Positions 61,920 to 64,000 of a DNA stretch of 64,000 bases are shown in pieces. The position numbers and the translations under genes were made by a program. The first letter of the stretch is position 1. Each line of letters opens with the position of its first letter. Under the pieces are notes generated by a model that did no database searches, was not told where the DNA came from, and saw nothing but the letters and a program-made list of their open reading frames with translations. The DNA is from Amoebophrya sp. A120 (Eukaryota; Protista; Dinoflagellata), in contig CAJINV010000003.1 in NCBI GenBank assembly GCA_905178155.1, positions 2,189,065-2,253,064 on the forward strand. The letters are read 5' to 3'.

Positions 61920-64000
61920 CTACTGGTTATTTCGTCCTCCTGGTTCACTTTGCGAAGATGTTAAGAACTTGAGTTTTTGCAACAAGGATGTCCAGATACC
62001 CGCGGGGGCTCCAAGCGAACGCTTGGAAGAGTTGTTTTCCAAACGACGCCGAACGACATCATCGACATCGCGGCAGAAAGCCGCATGCATCCCATCCATT
62101 GGATGGGTCAGTCGGACGCAAAGCAGGAGCGCTGCAAACGCCAGCTCCACTCTGCCAGACGACAGCAGATGAAAGATATTTTTCTCGAACTGGACGCTGC
62201 CAAGAGGATCCTGATCCAACAAAACGCGCTCCACCAGCGAAAACAACTGATGGACGCTCGATCCGGTCGTGCGCTGAAACAAATTCGATGCCGTCAACGC
62301 CAAAACCGGCCGCAGCGCGTTTCGTACTCCGTTTTCGTTCTGTGCGAGCGCGCTGGTGCCCGGGCCTGGTACGCCACCGTCAACGCGTGATGAAATCGAG
62401 GCGGACAGCACCATCCACACCAGCGCTTCATCCAAAAGGGCTATGGTTGCTTCGTCGGAGCACGTGGAACTCGAACCTCCTCCGGTACCACCAAACAACC
62501 CAGATGGTGTTATGGCCGTGGGTGACGATACTGAAATCGCTACTCCGAAAGTTTCGGCCAAGCGCTCACTGAGTCGGTGCTCTTCTAGGTCAAACGAGCT
62601 GCTGTGACCGTACTGCACGGCAACGGGTTGAGGCGCCGCGCCTCCACCGGCGATCGCGTTATCAACGAGCACGCTGTTCGCTGCCGTCAGCTTGCGGCAC
62701 TCGCGCAGGCACCGCCGCTGGGCCTGCCTCGCGACAGTCACCAGGGGGAAGGCTGGATCACCGTTCGGGGTCGAGAGGGCCGGCCACTCGAGTACGCGAT
62801 ACCCCACCAGCTTGTCCAGGGAGTCGACCTCTTCCAGCAGCTTCGCAGATAGACCGCCCTGCACACCCTCGCCGTGCTCCATCGTGCTGCACAGTTCAGC
62901 AAGCGCAAGATCGGAAAGCCGGAATGCTGTAGTCCCATTTCCGGCGCTCTCTTGCGGATCGCCACCGATGGCGCGGCCCTGCTGTTGCTCACCGTCAAAA
63001 AGCCCGGACAGCGCCAGGTCCCGCAAGAGGTGCAGCTTCGCAAGTTCGAGAACAACGAGAACACAGGAACTAATGAAAGGGTTTTCACTACCGTCTCTGT
63101 CTTTCTGAGAATTTTGATGTTCACTCCCTGAAAGTCCCAAGATCCACTGGTTCCACCCGCGCAATGCCTCCCGATGCTTTGCCCAGACGTCCTCCAGCAC
63201 CTTCTCTGTTCGCACGCTCGCGATGGGTCTCACCGGCTCACTAGCACTCTTCACTGAGGCTTGCATGCCGGATCTGCGCTGCGATCCATTTGCCATTGAT
63301 GTCGAGTCCTCTTCGTGATCCCCGCCACGACCGTCCGCTCCGTCGGATCCGGGTAACAGCGCTGCGTCCGTATCCAGGCGAGCGAGCATTTCGCGAAACC
63401 TTGCTTCCATAGCCTGCTCGTAGGATAAATTTTTCTCGTCATCGCTAACACCTCCTGTTCGCGACGATTGCAGCCTCAAGCCGGCGAGATACGCATCCGC
63501 ACGTGCCCGCGCGCTCGTGATGAGGTCCACCGCCGACTGTTCTACTTGTTCCGTTGCCGCTCTAGATCTCGACGGTTCCGTGTCGGCTTCGTCCGCAGTC
63601 GTGTCCCCTCCTAATCCCTCTTCCGTGAGCATCGTGGCGAACAGGCGCGCGATTGCGTCTTGTTGCGCAGCACCCTTGTTCCGAAGGAAGGCCACCAGCG
63701 CCGCTTCGGCCGTAACAGGGCCGCGGTTCTGCGCCGCCGCGCGCTCCTGCTCTGCTTTTGCGGCCTTCTCGGTTTGAAGCCGCGAGCGAGACGCTCGAGC
63801 GGTGTGCGCATCGGGATCGGCCTTGAACTCCGTAATCCACTTCTGCTTCTGCCGCTCCCACGACTCGGCCCGGCGCTTTGCGTCGGCCAGTTCGCGCTCA
63901 GCTGCCGTAGACTGTGCATTTGCCGCCGCGTCACGCTCGACCGCCAACGCGTCGAACAAAGCCCATCCACTCAATTCCTCCGAGTTTGCTTCGCCCGACG
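61920..64000 (-). CDS. Hypothetical protein, 5'-partial
   Basis: 684-aa ORF whose frame stays open to the window edge. Confidence 0.65.
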   Translation of the reverse strand, partial: SGEANSEELSGWALFDALAVERDAAANAQSTAAERELADAKRRAESWERQKQKWITEFKADPDAHTARASRSRLQTEKAAKAEQERAAAQNRGPVTAEAALVAFLRNKGAAQQDAIARLFATMLTEEGLGGDTTADEADTEPSRSRAATEQVEQSAVDLITSARARADAYLAGLRLQSSRTGGVSDDEKNLSYEQAMEARFREMLARLDTDAALLPGSDGADGRGGDHEEDSTSMANGSQRRSGMQASVKSASEPVRPIASVRTEKVLEDVWAKHREALRGWNQWILGLSGSEHQNSQKDRDGSENPFISSCVLVVLELAKLHLLRDLALSGLFDGEQQQGRAIGGDPQESAGNGTTAFRLSDLALAELCSTMEHGEGVQGGLSAKLLEEVDSLDKLVGYRVLEWPALSTPNGDPAFPLVTVARQAQRRCLRECRKLTAANSVLVDNAIAGGGAAPQPVAVQYGHSSSFDLEEHRLSERLAETFGVAISVSSPTAITPSGLFGGTGGGSSSTCSDEATIALLDEALVWMVLSASISSRVDGGVPGPGTSALAQNENGVRNALRPVLALTASNLFQRTTGSSVHQLFSLVERVLLDQDPLGSVQFEKNIFHLLSSGRVELAFAALLLCVRLTHPMDGMHAAFCRDVDDVVRRRLENNSSKRSLGAPAGIWTSLLQKLKFLTSSQSEPGGRNNQ

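Overview
Eukaryotic, gene-dense DNA from a dinoflagellate-lineage organism, most likely the parasite Amoebophrya (Syndiniales). This is inferred from a DVNP gene, strict gene co-orientation and abundant non-canonical introns. About 13 protein-coding loci all lie on the minus strand: DVNP, an LRR-like/GYF/KH locus, IFT139/TTC21B, an EF-hand protein, a dual-specificity phosphatase, a BMT5/DUF2431-like methyltransferase, a giant kinesin and several hypotheticals. The dominant structure is a set of 24 small (149-344 bp) TIR elements, 22 complete and 2 truncated, in 8 TIR families (labels A-H are mine). Complete copies start TAT, end ATA, carry a 5-bp target-site duplication (TSD) and sit inside coding sequence. 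Removing the element plus one TSD restores the reading frame, although no GT-AG junction is available. All families share an internal motif, GCAT[GCT]ACA[AG] (reverse TGTNATGC), often spaced at near-helical intervals. Two larger inserts are bracketed by long direct repeats with templated junction copies. One is 1.7 kb (39-bp repeat) and carries a plus-strand, element-bearing gene fragment. The other is 3.1 kb (62-bp repeat) and lies inside the phosphatase CDS. No autonomous transposase was recognised. All calls were made by eye, without database searches.
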